Notes under the pieces: generated by a model | Database searches by the model: none | Seen by the model: the letters and a program-made list of their open reading frames with translations, nothing else | What the model was told of the DNA's origin: nothing | Position numbers and translations under genes: made by a program | Shown: piece by piece, positions 9,717-20,800 of the stretch | Layout of the letters: each line of letters opens with the position of its first letter | Numbering within the stretch: the first letter of the stretch is position 1 | Assembly (NCBI GenBank): GCA_903845345.1 | Contig: CAIMXF010000018.1 | Location: 1 to 52,105, forward strand | Source of the DNA: an uncultured beta proteobacterium | GTDB lineage: Bacteria; Pseudomonadota; Gammaproteobacteria; Burkholderiales; Burkholderiaceae_C | DNA: 52,105 nucleotides | Direction of reading: 5' to 3'

Positions 9717-12700
9717 CACCGGCTGCGCCGTTGCTGGCGATCCAGCACCCGGCCTTCGAAGAACCGCTCGATCGTGAAATAGAGCGTGGGCAGCACCAGC
9801 AAGGTCAACAGGGTCGACACGATCAGGCCGCTGACCACCACGGTGGCGACGCCGCGCTGGACGTCGGTGCCGACGCCCGTGGCCAGCGCCGCGGGCAGCA
9901 TGCCGATCGAGGCGACGGTGGCCGTCATCAGGACCGGGCGCAGGCGTTCCGTCGCGCCTTGCAGGATGGTCTCGTCGAGCGACTTGCCGGAACCGCGCAC
10001 GCGCCGGAAATTCGCCACCATGATGATGCCGTTCTGCACGGACACGCCAAACAGTGCGATGAAGCCGACCGCGGTCGCGACATTGAGCGTCTCGCCGGTC
10101 AGGCGCAGCGCGACCAGGCCGCCCAGCGCCGCCATCGGAACGACGCCCAGCACCAGCAGGGTCTGGCGCAGCTTGCCGAACTGGAAGAACAGCAGGATGG
10201 CCATCATCACGAACACGAGCCCCAGGATGAACACGAGCCGCGCCTGCGCGCGCCGCTCGTTCTCGAACTGTCCGGCCCATTCGAGGTGGTGCTGCTGGGG
10301 GTCGAACCTGACTTCGGCGTCGATGCGGCGTTGCGCCTCGGCCAGGTAGGAGGTGAGGTCCCGATCGCGGTTGTCCACGCGCACGGTGATCTGGCGCTCG
10401 TTCATCTCGTGCGAGATCGTGCTCTCGCCGGTCCTGTACTGCAGGGACGCCAGTTGCGCCAGGGGAATCCGCGCGCCTCCAGGCGCGGTGACCGTCAGCG
10501 CGCCGACGTCCTGGAGACTGGTCTTGGCGCTGCGCGGGAACCGCACCGTCACGTTGTAGCTGCGGTCTCCCACGTAGAGGCTGGTGACCGGTGCGCCGCC
10601 GATGCCGGTCTGGATCAACGTGGCGATGTCCGAGATCGGGATGCCGAAGCGGGCCGCGGCCTCGCGGTCGATCCGCACGACCAGCTGCGGGATGGGTGGC
10701 TCCTGGAACAGCGAAGCCGATGCGGTGCCGCGGATCGTGCGCAGGATGTCGACCACCTGCGCGCCGATGCGGCGGTTCTCCACCAGGTCGGCGCCGTAGA
10801 CGCGCAGCACCAGCGGGCTGTGGGCCCCGCCGATCGCATCGTTGACCCCGTCGATGATGGGTTGGCTGATGCCGACGTCGAAGCCCGGCAGTCGCTGCAG
10901 GCGCGCATTGAGGCGTCGCACCAGTTCCGCCTTGCTCTCGCGGTCGGGCCACTCCGCATACGGCTTCAGGCCGACCGGCACTTCCATGTGCGAAGGCGTC
11001 CAGGGGTCGGTGCCGTCGTCGCTGCGTCCCAGCTGCGTCACGACATAGGACACCTCCGGGAACTCGTGCAAGGCGCGGCGCAGCTCGCTGGCCATCTCGC
11101 TGGCCTGGTCGAGCGACAGGCCCGTGGGCACCTGCACCTGCAACCAGAGGGCGCCTTCGTCGAGTTCCGGAAGGAATTCGCGGCCCGCGGTGATGCCCAG
11201 GCCCGCCACGGCGACCAGGATGCAGGCCGACGCGATGTAGACCGCGAACGGATGCACCAGCAGCCAGGCCAGCACGCCACGGTAGCGCGCGGTGATCCAC
11301 GCCAGCGGCCGGTTGTGGAAGACCTTGCGCGGCTTCCTCAGCGCGACGAAGGCCAGGCCGGGAATGAGGGCCAGCGACGCCAGCAACGCGCCGAACAGGG
11401 CATACCCGACGGTGAAGGCCATCGGCTGGAACAGCTTGCCTTCTGCGCGCTCGAACGCGAACAGCGGGAAGTAGGCCGCGACGATGATCAGCGTGGCGAA
11501 GAAGATCGGCCGCGCGACATGGCCCGTGGTCTCGAGCACGTCGTCCTCGTCGAGTTCCTGCGTGGGCTGTTCCTCGCGCCGTCGCAGCATCGCTTCCATC
11601 ACCACGATCGCGCCGTCGACGATGATGCCGAAGTCGATCGCGCCGAGCGAGAACAGGTTGGCCGGCATGTGGGACAGGTTCATCGCGATGAACACGGTGA
11701 CGAGCGCCAGCGGGATCGCGACCGCCGCCACCACCGCGCTGCGCGGGCTGCCGAGAAACAGGATCAGCACGATGCAGACGAGGCCGACGCCCTCCATCAC
11801 GGTGTGGCTGACCTTCTCGACGGTCAGTTGCACGAGCTGGTCGCGGTCGATGTAGGGCACGAGCTTGACGCCCATGGGGGCCAGCCGCTTCTGCAGGTCG
11901 TCGACCTTGGCGTGCACGCCTTCGAGCACCCTGGACGGATTGCCGCCCTTGAGCATCAGCACGATGCCCTCGACGGTATCCGGATTGTTGTCCTTGCCGA
12001 GGATGCCCTCGCGCTCCTGGTGCCCGATCTGCAGCTTGCCGAGATCGCGCAGCAGCACGGGAATGCCGTTGGCCTGGGCCACCGCCATGGCGCCCAGGTC
12101 GTCCAGTCCGTGCGCCTGGCCGATGCCGCGCACGACGTAGCTCTGCTCGCCGCGCGAGATGCGCCCGCCGCCGGCGTTCTGGCTGCCGTTGTTGATCGCC
12201 GTGACGACGTCGTCCAGCGCCAGGCCGTAGTGATCCAGCTGGCGCGGATCGAGTTCGAGCTGGAATTCCTTCGTGAACCCGCCGAAGTTGTTGACGTCGG
12301 CCACGCCCGCGACCTGGCGGAAGGCCGGGATGACGATCCAGCGCTGGATCTCCGACAGTTCCATCAGGTTCCTGCTGTCCGATTCGAGCGTGTAGCGATA
12401 GATCTCGCCGACGGGACTCGACACGGGATCGAGTCCCGGCACCACGCCCGCGGGCATCGTCACCTGGGTCATGCGCTCCGTGACGCGCTGGCGCGCGAAA
12501 TAGTCGTCCGTGCCGTCCTTGAAGACGAGCGTGATCAGCGACAGCGCGAACGTGCTGCTGGAGCGCATCGTGACGAGCCCGGGCGTGTTCGCCAGCGCCC
12601 GTTCGAGCGGCGTGGTGATCTGCTGCTCGATCTCCTCGGCGGCGAGGCCCGGCACCTGCGTCGTGACCTGGACGGTGACGTCGCTGATGTCGGGGTAGGC

Positions 12701-12811
12701 CTCGACGGTCATTCGCGTCCACGAGACGTAGCCGTAGATCACGATCAGCAGCGTCAGCAACCACACCAGCGAGCGCCGCCGGAAGCACAGCGCGATGAAC
12801 TGGTTAATCAT
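9716..12811 (-). CDS. CusA/CzcA-family heavy-metal efflux RND permease
   Basis: 1031 aa; EAYPDISD, ANLFSLGAIDFGIIVDGAIVVME, AEGKLFQPMA, ERLRPVLMTA. Confidence 0.95.
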   Translation of the reverse strand: MINQFIALCFRRRSLVWLLTLLIVIYGYVSWTRMTVEAYPDISDVTVQVTTQVPGLAAEEIEQQITTPLERALANTPGLVTMRSSSTFALSLITLVFKDGTDDYFARQRVTERMTQVTMPAGVVPGLDPVSSPVGEIYRYTLESDSRNLMELSEIQRWIVIPAFRQVAGVADVNNFGGFTKEFQLELDPRQLDHYGLALDDVVTAINNGSQNAGGGRISRGEQSYVVRGIGQAHGLDDLGAMAVAQANGIPVLLRDLGKLQIGHQEREGILGKDNNPDTVEGIVLMLKGGNPSRVLEGVHAKVDDLQKRLAPMGVKLVPYIDRDQLVQLTVEKVSHTVMEGVGLVCIVLILFLGSPRSAVVAAVAIPLALVTVFIAMNLSHMPANLFSLGAIDFGIIVDGAIVVMEAMLRRREEQPTQELDEDDVLETTGHVARPIFFATLIIVAAYFPLFAFERAEGKLFQPMAFTVGYALFGALLASLALIPGLAFVALRKPRKVFHNRPLAWITARYRGVLAWLLVHPFAVYIASACILVAVAGLGITAGREFLPELDEGALWLQVQVPTGLSLDQASEMASELRRALHEFPEVSYVVTQLGRSDDGTDPWTPSHMEVPVGLKPYAEWPDRESKAELVRRLNARLQRLPGFDVGISQPIIDGVNDAIGGAHSPLVLRVYGADLVENRRIGAQVVDILRTIRGTASASLFQEPPIPQLVVRIDREAAARFGIPISDIATLIQTGIGGAPVTSLYVGDRSYNVTVRFPRSAKTSLQDVGALTVTAPGGARIPLAQLASLQYRTGESTISHEMNERQITVRVDNRDRDLTSYLAEAQRRIDAEVRFDPQQHHLEWAGQFENERRAQARLVFILGLVFVMMAILLFFQFGKLRQTLLVLGVVPMAALGGLVALRLTGETLNVATAVGFIALFGVSVQNGIIMVANFRRVRGSGKSLDETILQGATERLRPVLMTATVASIGMLPAALATGVGTDVQRGVATVVVSGLIVSTLLTLLVLPTLYFTIERFFEGRVLDRQQRRSR

Positions 12812-13922
12812 TGAGCAGCACCCCGCCGCGCGTGACGACGCGCTCGCCGCGCTTCAGGCCGGTGACGATGCGCACGCTGTCGCCGTCCTCGCTGCCGAGC
12901 TCGACGACGCGACGCACGAACGTCCACGGCGCGACCTCCACGAGCACGGTCGTGCTGTCGTTGTTCATCAGCAGCGCCGACGGCGGGACGCTGACCGTCG
13001 TCGCCTGCGGCACGGCGAACGTGGCGGTGGCGAACATGTTCGGCTTGAGCCGGCCGTCCGCGTTGTCGAAGACGATGCGTACCTTGGCACGATGTGTATC
13101 GGGCTCGAGCACCGGGCTCACGCGTGCGGCCTTGCCGTGCAGCGTCTGGCCGGGATAGGCCGCCAGGGTCACGTCGACGGCCCCGCCCGGCGCGATGCCG
13201 GCCAGGAGCTGTTCGGGCACCTGCGCGGTGACCCAGACGCGGTCGAGGCTGGAGACGGTCATCAACGGTGCGGTCGCATCGTTGAGATACGAACCGACCC
13301 CCACGCTCAACGCCGTGACGATGCCGGCCGCCGGCGCGGTCACGACCAGGCCGCGGGCATGCGCGTCGACCTGGCCGCTGCCGCTCAACGTCGCCAACCG
13401 ATCGCGCGCGCGCTCGTCTTCGGCGAGCGCCTGCCGCTGGGCGCTTTCGGCCGCCTCGACGTCCTTGGTCGCATTGGCGCCCACGGCCATCACGCCGCGC
13501 GCCCGGGCCAGCGCCTTGTTCGCGAGAGCGAGCGCATCGGCAGCCTTGACGGCATCGTCCTGCGCCTGGCCGAAGTCGGGCGAGCTGATGACGGCCAATG
13601 GTTCGCCGCGTCGTACCGCGTCGCCCAGGCCGACCTTGAGCTCGATCAGCCGCCCGGTGAGCGGCGGCAGGATCGCCACGACGCGGGACGGGTCGGCTTC
13701 GACGATCGCCGGAACCGCGACGCCGTGCGAGCCGGTCTGCGCGCCGACTTCGACAACGGCCAGGCGCTTGCGAAGCGGGGAGTCGGCCGGGATGACGATG
13801 CGGTCGCCGTCATGCACGACCAACGGTGCGGGCTCGGACGATGCGGAGGACGCGGCGCCAGCGGATGCACAACAGGCCAGCAGGACGAACACGGGCAAGG
13901 AGAAGTGCGGATGGAATTTCAT
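12804..13922 (-). CDS. RND periplasmic adaptor (membrane fusion protein, CzcB-like)
   Basis: Signal peptide MKFHPHFSLPVFVLLACC, lipoyl halves PLTGRLIELKVGLGDAVRRGEPL / APAAGIV, LKPNMFA, GLKRGERVVTRG. Start ATG 13922. Confidence 0.92.
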   Translation of the reverse strand: MKFHPHFSLPVFVLLACCASAGAASSASSEPAPLVVHDGDRIVIPADSPLRKRLAVVEVGAQTGSHGVAVPAIVEADPSRVVAILPPLTGRLIELKVGLGDAVRRGEPLAVISSPDFGQAQDDAVKAADALALANKALARARGVMAVGANATKDVEAAESAQRQALAEDERARDRLATLSGSGQVDAHARGLVVTAPAAGIVTALSVGVGSYLNDATAPLMTVSSLDRVWVTAQVPEQLLAGIAPGGAVDVTLAAYPGQTLHGKAARVSPVLEPDTHRAKVRIVFDNADGRLKPNMFATATFAVPQATTVSVPPSALLMNNDSTTVLVEVAPWTFVRRVVELGSEDGDSVRIVTGLKRGERVVTRGGVLLND

Positions 13923-14000
13923 CGTTTCGTCATCGAGTTCGCAGCGAGTCGGGCACGCAGCTCGAACCCATGGCGCAGGGTCCGACAGCATCGGACGAAG

Positions 14001-14031
14001 ATTTTCGAGTCTATACCCACTACAGAGTCAA
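14001..14031 (-). promoter_or_regulatory. MerR-type (CadR/PbrR) promoter/operator for the efflux operon
   Basis: Minus strand reads TTGACT-ctgtagtgggtatagactc(19 bp)-GAAAAT with an imperfect dyad TCTGTA..TATAGA. A 19-bp spacer is the hallmark of MerR-activated promoters, and it lies between the MFP gene and the divergent regulator. Confidence 0.85.
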
Positions 14032-14084
14032 CGCCTTAAACTGTCGTGATGCTGTAGGCCCGCGCCGGCCTGAAGGGAAGCTTC

Positions 14085-14561
14085 ATGAAAATCGGGGAAC
14101 TCGCGGCGGCCACGGGCACGCCGATCGAAACGATCCGCTTCTACGAGCGCGACGGGCTGCTGCCGCCGCCGCAGCGCAGCGAAGGCAACTTCAGGGTCTA
14201 CGACGAGACGCACCAGAGCCGCCTCACCTTCGTGCGCCACTGCCGCGCGCTCGACATGAACCTGGACGAGATCCGCGTGCTGCTGAAATTCCGGGATGGC
14301 GCGGACGGCGACTGCGGTGAGGTCAACGCCTTGCTGGACGAACACATCGGCCACGTGCAGGCGCGGATACGGGAACTGCGCAGCCTCGACAAGGATCTGC
14401 GCGCGCTGCGCGACCTGTGCAAGGTCGCCCAGGCGCCCAGTCGATGCGGCATCCTCAACGGGCTGGCCAACACCCCGCACGCCGACACGGGGCGATCGGC
14501 ATCGCACGTCGGTCATGTCCACAAGCCGAACGCGAAGGCCCGCCCGCAGGCGTCGGGTTGA
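14085..14561 (+). CDS. cadR: Cd(II)/Pb(II)-responsive MerR-family regulator
   Basis: MKIGELA..TIRFYERDGLL, FVRHCRALDMNLDEIR, metal Cys in DCGEVN, DLC and CGIL; His-rich tail as in CadR. Confidence 0.85.
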   Translation: MKIGELAAATGTPIETIRFYERDGLLPPPQRSEGNFRVYDETHQSRLTFVRHCRALDMNLDEIRVLLKFRDGADGDCGEVNALLDEHIGHVQARIRELRSLDKDLRALRDLCKVAQAPSRCGILNGLANTPHADTGRSASHVGHVHKPNAKARPQASG

Positions 14562-14645
14562 TGCAACCCGGAACGGCCTACTTCAGCAGGCCGGTGGTCG
14601 CAGGCATCCTGGCGGGCCGGTGCCAAGCCGTTGCACGAGCGGGCG

Positions 14646-15995
14646 TCAGCCCTGCGCCTGCTCGTCGGCCTCTTCGTCCTTCGGTGCGAACACCATCCGC
14701 GTCTTGGCGTTGAAGTCCATGAGTCCGGCGTAGCGGCCCCAGGCGATCATCGTCTCGAACGTCCGCTCGGGGCTGTCGTAGGGCAAGGCGCTGGCGATGT
14801 CGCCGATGATGCGGTCGGCGTCGATCTCCTCGTACTCGCCCAGCAGCGCGATGATGATGTGGAAGATCCGGAGCTTGAACACCTGCTCCGCGAATATCTT
14901 GTGGCGTCCGGCGCGGTCCGACGCGACGAAGCGCCGACCCAGGTCGGTGAGAGCGACGTCGTGCTTGGGCGTGTCGACCAGGTCGAGGATCTCGGCGGCC
15001 TTGACGATGGAGATCGTGTCGCCGAACTCCTTGCCGATCTCGTCGGAGATCTCGTAGATGTTGGACGGTTCGGAGGCGCCGCTGAGGATCTCCAGCAGGC
15101 CCAGGATCTGGGCCACGGGCACGAAGGGGATCGACTCCATGCGCGAGCGCGCGCGCGAGACCGGCTGGCCCGCGGCCGGCGGCGCCTCGGGTGGCAGGTC
15201 GGGCAGCGTCATCGTCGTGATCGACTCGTGGATGATGCTGACCAGGCGCTGGAATTCCGGGCTCTTGGTGTCGCGCGGATAGGGCAGCGGATTCTCGAGC
15301 ACGAGCCCGAGGCGCCCCGGCCGCGGGAACACGACGACGATGCGCGTGGCCATCTCCACGGCTTCCTCGATGTTGTGCGTCACCATGAAGATGGAACTCA
15401 GGCCGTTCTCTTTCGAGCGCCACAGGCTGATCAGTTCCTGGCGCAGGTTCTCGGCGGTCAGCACGTCGAGCGCGCTGAACGCCTCGTCCAGGCACAGGAG
15501 CTTGGGCTGCGAGACCAGCGCGCGCGCGATGCCGACGCGCTGCCGCATGCCGCCGGAGAGTTCGCGCGGAAATGCCGCGTGGTAGTTGCCGAGTCCGATC
15601 AGGTCGATCGCGCGGTCGATCGCCGTCTGCCGGTCGGCGCGGCTCATCTGCCGCGACATCAGGCCGACGGCGACGTTCTGTTCCACGGTCAGCCACGGAT
15701 ACAAGGCGAAGGTCTGGAACACGATGGACACGTCGGCGCTCACGCCGGCCAGCCGCTTGCCGTCGGCCATCGCGCGGCCGGACGTCGGCTCGACCAGTCC
15801 CGTCAGGCAACGCAGGATCGTCGACTTGCCCGAGCCGGATTGACCCAGCAAGGCGAGAAGCTCGCCCTGGTGGACGGCCAGGTCGATGTTCTCCAGCACC
15901 TTGAGTTCATGGCCGCCGGCGGTCTTGTAGGACTTCGAGACGGCGTTGAGTTCGGCAACGGCCGGCGCGACCTTGGGTTCGATGGCAGTGTTCAT
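14646..15995 (-). CDS. NitT/TauT-family ABC transporter ATP-binding protein with C-terminal AAA-associated domain
   Basis: Walker A GQSGSGKST, signature LSGGMRQR, Walker B LCLDEAF, H-loop VTHN, C-terminal WGRYAGL. Start ATG 15995. Confidence 0.92.
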   Translation of the reverse strand: MNTAIEPKVAPAVAELNAVSKSYKTAGGHELKVLENIDLAVHQGELLALLGQSGSGKSTILRCLTGLVEPTSGRAMADGKRLAGVSADVSIVFQTFALYPWLTVEQNVAVGLMSRQMSRADRQTAIDRAIDLIGLGNYHAAFPRELSGGMRQRVGIARALVSQPKLLCLDEAFSALDVLTAENLRQELISLWRSKENGLSSIFMVTHNIEEAVEMATRIVVVFPRPGRLGLVLENPLPYPRDTKSPEFQRLVSIIHESITTMTLPDLPPEAPPAAGQPVSRARSRMESIPFVPVAQILGLLEILSGASEPSNIYEISDEIGKEFGDTISIVKAAEILDLVDTPKHDVALTDLGRRFVASDRAGRHKIFAEQVFKLRIFHIIIALLGEYEEIDADRIIGDIASALPYDSPERTFETMIAWGRYAGLMDFNAKTRMVFAPKDEEADEQAQG

Positions 15996-15997
15996 GG

Positions 15998-17743
15998 TCA
16001 GTCCAGGCGAAAGCGCCGCTCGGCAAAGGCATAGAGGCGGCGCCAGATGAGCTTGTTCATCAGCACGACGAAGATCGACATCATCGCGATGCTGGCGATG
16101 ATCAGGGGCGTGTCGCCCGTCTTGGTCACGCTGGCGATGTAGGCGCCGAGTCCGTCGGCCTTCAGCGTCGTGTCGCCATAAGTGGCGAGCTCGGCCACGA
16201 TGCTGGCGTTCCAGGCGCCGCCGGCCGCGGTGCAGGCACCGGTGACCCAGAAAGGGAAGATCGCCGGCAGGATCAGCGTGCGCCACAGGTTCCACTTGCG
16301 CAGGCCGTAGACCGTGGCCGCCTCCTTCAGGTCGTTGGGGATCGCCATCGCCCCGGCGATCACGTTGAACAGGATGTACCACTGCGTGCCCATGGCGATG
16401 AGCAGGATGCTGCCCCAGTTGATCGCGATGTGGGCCATGACGAACCAGCCGACGACCAGCGGAAAGGTCATGTTCACCGGAAACGACGCACCGATCTGCG
16501 CGAGCGGTTGCGCGAAGCGGGCCACGCGCGGCTGGAAGCCGATCCAGACACCGACCGGCGTCCAGACGAGCGTGGCGATGACGGTCATCGCCACGACGCG
16601 CAGCATGGTCAGGAAGCCGAGCCAGGCGATGTGGCCGAACAGCGGCCAGGACAGCGCGCCGCGCAGTTCCTCGGCCGCGGCGACGATGCCGGTGAGGACT
16701 TCATACGCCAGCCAGAGCAGCATCGCGCTGATGACCGCACGCCAGACATGGTCCCCGCGCACCACCTTCAGCGGCGCGAGCCGTCGCGCCTGCCGGCGGC
16801 CGATTCGCCGCGTGCGCTCCATCACCGGCCGCACGACATGGTCGCCCAGCCAGGTGAAGACGTAGGCGCCGCGCAGCAGGTTGTAGACCCACGACGTGGC
16901 GGGCGTCTGCGACTCGGTCAGCTCGATCTTGAACTTGTCCGCCCAGGCGAGCAGCGGGCGCCAGACCAACTGGTCGCTCACGAGGATCAGGACGATCATC
17001 GCCACGACCGCCCACAGCGACGCGTTGTTGTCGCCATCCTGGACGGCCTGCGCCATGTAGGACCCCAGGCCCGGCAGCTTGATGTCGCGGTTCATCACCG
17101 TGATCGCTTCGCTCTGCGCGACGAAGAACCATCCGCCGCCGAACGACATCATCGAGTTCCAGATCAGGCTGTGCGCCGAAGCGGGCAGCTCCAGCGTGGT
17201 GAAGCGCTGCCAGCGCGTCAGGCCGTAGGTGGTGGCCGCCTCCTGCATGTCGGTGGGGATCGTGACCATCGAGTGGTAGAACCCGAAGGCCATGTTCCAG
17301 ACCTGGCCGGTGAAGATCGCGAAGATCGCCGCGCACTCGACGCCCATCAGGCTGCCCGGGAACAACGCCATGAAGGCCGCCACAGTCGCGGAAAGGAACC
17401 CGAGCACCGGCACCGACTGCAGCACGTCGAGCGCCGGCAGGATCAGCATCCTGGCGCGCGCGTTCTTCGCGGCCAGGTAGCCGGTACCGACGGCAAAGAT
17501 CAACGAGAACGCGAAGGCGATCCACATGCGCAACAACGTGCGCCCGGCGTAGTACGGGATCTGCCAGACGCTGGTGTCGACCACCGGCTGCGCGGAGGCG
17601 TCGAAATGCACCAGCATTCCCTTGCCGAAATGCAGCGCGCTCCAGAACACCGCGAGCAGCGCCAGCATCACCACGCCGTCGACCCACGTGAAGCCACGGC
17701 GGTTCTCGCCAACCTGGAGTTGCGGGGCGGTGCTGCTCGTCAT
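15998..17743 (-). CDS. NitT/TauT-family ABC permease with two fused TM domains
   Basis: Two permease repeats with EAA loops (DMQEAATTYGL, DLKEAATVYGL); LDVLQSVPVLGF. Confidence 0.9.
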   Translation of the reverse strand: MTSSTAPQLQVGENRRGFTWVDGVVMLALLAVFWSALHFGKGMLVHFDASAQPVVDTSVWQIPYYAGRTLLRMWIAFAFSLIFAVGTGYLAAKNARARMLILPALDVLQSVPVLGFLSATVAAFMALFPGSLMGVECAAIFAIFTGQVWNMAFGFYHSMVTIPTDMQEAATTYGLTRWQRFTTLELPASAHSLIWNSMMSFGGGWFFVAQSEAITVMNRDIKLPGLGSYMAQAVQDGDNNASLWAVVAMIVLILVSDQLVWRPLLAWADKFKIELTESQTPATSWVYNLLRGAYVFTWLGDHVVRPVMERTRRIGRRQARRLAPLKVVRGDHVWRAVISAMLLWLAYEVLTGIVAAAEELRGALSWPLFGHIAWLGFLTMLRVVAMTVIATLVWTPVGVWIGFQPRVARFAQPLAQIGASFPVNMTFPLVVGWFVMAHIAINWGSILLIAMGTQWYILFNVIAGAMAIPNDLKEAATVYGLRKWNLWRTLILPAIFPFWVTGACTAAGGAWNASIVAELATYGDTTLKADGLGAYIASVTKTGDTPLIIASIAMMSIFVVLMNKLIWRRLYAFAERRFRLD

Positions 17744-17873
17744 GGCGCACACGCTAGCAGACTCGACCGCGCGTTCCCGTCACGAAAACGACAGGTTCCG
17801 CTGCGACCGCAGGCGGGTGCGAAGCCTGCGAGAGGCCGAGGTCGGCCAGCCGCCAGACCCGGGGACCGACTTC

Positions 17874-20800
17874 TCAAACGACTTGACCGGGCGGGTTCGG
17901 CGCATACAACAGCAATCCGCTGTCGACAGTCTTGATGTCGATCGGCTTGATCCAGCAATCGCTGAAGCCCGAAGCGAGCAGCCGCGCGCGCGTCTGGGAC
18001 GTCGCATCTGCGGTCGCAGCGATCAGGCAGATCCCCCTCAATTGCGGATCGCCCTGAACCTGCTCCGCCAACCATACCCCGTCGTGGCCCGCAAGGTTCA
18101 GATCGACCAGCAGGACGGCAGGTCGCAGCTTGCGAGCCAGCAACAAGCCCTCTTCTGCGGTGGTCGCACTGGCGTAACGTCTACCCAGTCGGCCTTCGAC
18201 GATCGCTCGCATCAGCATTTCGTTGACCGGGTCGTCCTCGACATACAACACGAGCTCGCCCTGCGACGCCAGCGTTGCGGCCCCCGCCTGCACTGGCGGC
18301 GTCGCCGCCTCACCGACGTCTGCACGGCGCAAGTCCACCGAGAAGCGACTGCCTGCCCCGGGCCGGCTCTCGACCTCGATGCGACCGCCGATCAATTCCA
18401 CGAGATGGCGCGTGATGACCAGGCCGATTCCGCTGCCACTGACGCTCTGGCCCTCGCGGCCCAGCCGGTTGAACGGTTCGAACAGGTGCTCGATCTGCTG
18501 CTCGGTCAGGCCCGCGCCGGAGTCTTCGACCGTGATGCGTACCAGGTCGGGCGCAGTCGCCTCACGGATCAGGACGCGCGCCTGCCCGCCGCGTCGGTTG
18601 TACTTGATGGCGTTGGAGAGCAGGTTGACCAGAACCTGATACAGGCGCGCGCGGTCCGCATGAACCCAGACCTTCGATTCCTTACCGGGCAATTCGATCT
18701 CCACCGCCATCTTCGCGGCGTCTGCAGCCAGCATCGTCTTCACTTCATCCAGCAACGCGCCAACGTCGACCGCCGTCATGGTGACCGCCAGGTTGCCGGT
18801 CTCGATCCGGGACAAGTCCAGCAGATCCGTGATCATGGTCAGCAGCCATTGCGCCGCGTCGTACGCATGCTGGATCTGCGTACGCTGCAACAGCGGTGTC
18901 GTCGGATCCGTGAGTACCAGTTGCGAAAAGCCGAGCACGGCATTCAGTGGCGTGCGCAGCTCATGGCTGACCTGCGAGAGGAATTTCGACTTGGTCAGGC
19001 TCGCGAGTTCGGCTGCCGCTTTCTCCTGCATCGCCTTGGCCACTTGAGCGTCGCGCGTGATGTCGGTGAGGGTGCCGTGCCAGCCGGTGCCCTGGCCGTC
19101 GATGTCGCGCAGAGGTTCGCCGCTGAGCAGGAACGTGAGGGGAGTCCGTTCACCGCGTCGACGGACTGTCACACGCAGTGCGCGGAATGCCCGCTGGCCT
19201 CTGGCCAGCGCGGCACGCAGCTCGGCGACGCCCTCGCAGTCGCCCGCGCCATCGAACAGGCCCGGGAGCGTCGCGCCCTGTGTTGTCGGATAGTCGAATG
19301 GCAGAGGCTTGCTCATCGTCGAGACGATGCCGTCCAGGTCGGTCTGCCAGTAGGCGTCGGACTGCAGCGTCACCAAGCTTCGGAAGCGCCGGTCGCTGAG
19401 GCTGATCTGGGCCAAGGACTCGCGCACCACGAGCACCTGTTGCAGGATGGCAAGCGACGCGACGGCTTCGCGATCAACGGCGGTCCAGGGGCGGCTCCTG
19501 CCCTTGACGATGGTCGTCCAGCGAGCAAACGAGGATCGCGGCCCGAGCACCGTCCTTCCTTCGGCGTCGAGCTTCACCTCCACGGGTTTGTCGGGGTCGC
19601 CGCCCCAGACCACCTCGCTGCGGTGCTGCGGCCGCAGCCAGACCAACCCGGACGACGCGAAGCCGTCGAACTTGATGGCGATCAGGCCGCATGCCCCGCG
19701 AAGTTCGGCGGCTTCGAGCGGTGGCTGAAGGACGGCCTGCTCGGTGTCGATCTGGTGCGAGACAGACGTCTCGAAGGCGTGGCGCACGAAGCGCAGGACC
19801 GACTCGCCGCGGGCGCCGTCCGGCCACTGGCCGAAAGGCAGGACGGCGTCGCCACGCCAGAGCGCGCCCCCCGAGGCTCCGACCATCTGCAGCAGGCTCG
19901 TGGTGCAGTGCTCCACGACGTCGCACAGCGGGACCTGCACCTGATTGAAGGCCTCGAGGATCAGGGCCTTGGCCTTCGCGGCTTCGGCGGACACCGCGAT
20001 GCGGGCCTGGCTGGTGAACCAGCCGGTCATGTAGCCGGCGGTGACCGACAGCGCGTAGCAGGCGCGGCGCAGCCGAATCGGCAGGGCCGTGGGCGTGCGA
20101 TGGTGGCAGGCGATGAGCCCCCAGAGACGGCCGTCGACCAGCAATGACAAGGTCAGCGTGGAGGCCACGCCCGTGTTGTGCAGGTACTGGATGTGGATCG
20201 GCGAGACGCTGCGCAGCGTCGCGTGGCTCATGTCCAGCGGCTGCAGGCGCTCGGTATCGATCCAAGGCAGGACCGGCACCGGCACGTAGCCTGCATCGGC
20301 GACGTAGCGCACGAGGTTGCTGACGTAGAGCTCGCGCGCCTGGGCCGGAATGTCGCTGGCCGGATAGTGCAGGTCGAAGAGCGAGTCCATGTCGGGCTCG
20401 CGGGCGTCGGCCACGACATGCCCGTGATGATCCTCGTCGAAGCGGTAGACCATCACACGATCGAAGCCGGTCAGGCGCTTGACCCGCTGTGCCATGCGCT
20501 GCCACAGGTCTTGCAGCCCCGTGGCGCTTCGCAAGGCATCCACCGTGTCGCTCAGGCCTTGCATCCAGTCGTCTCCGAAAGCCTCCGCTGCGGCGGGTTC
20601 GATCTCGAGGAAGCACACGCCGCGGTGGCTGTGGACGATGGCCTCCAGCGCCAGCGGCTGGCCTTCGCCGGGTCGCGCCGGGAGATCCACCACCTCGTGG
20701 CGGACCGGCCCTCCGGCGCGCCCGGTCAGGGCCTTGCAGACCCGCTCGTAGGCGGACTCGCCCAGGATTTCCGACAGGGCTCGGCCCTTGGCAGGCAGGT

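Noticed and set aside
8226-12788. 1520-aa ORF suggesting a giant outer-membrane-factor fusion
   Set aside because: The first ~1020 aa are an Arg/Gly/Ala-rich off-frame reading of the RND gene; the real protein starts at 9716 with a lipoprotein signal.
9599-12814. Long antisense ORFs (this one and e.g. 2565..4625, 4520..6871, 17574..20147, 36368..38626, 39814..42336)
   Set aside because: Shadow ORFs overlapping well-supported genes, expected from high-GC codon bias; no recognisable motifs.
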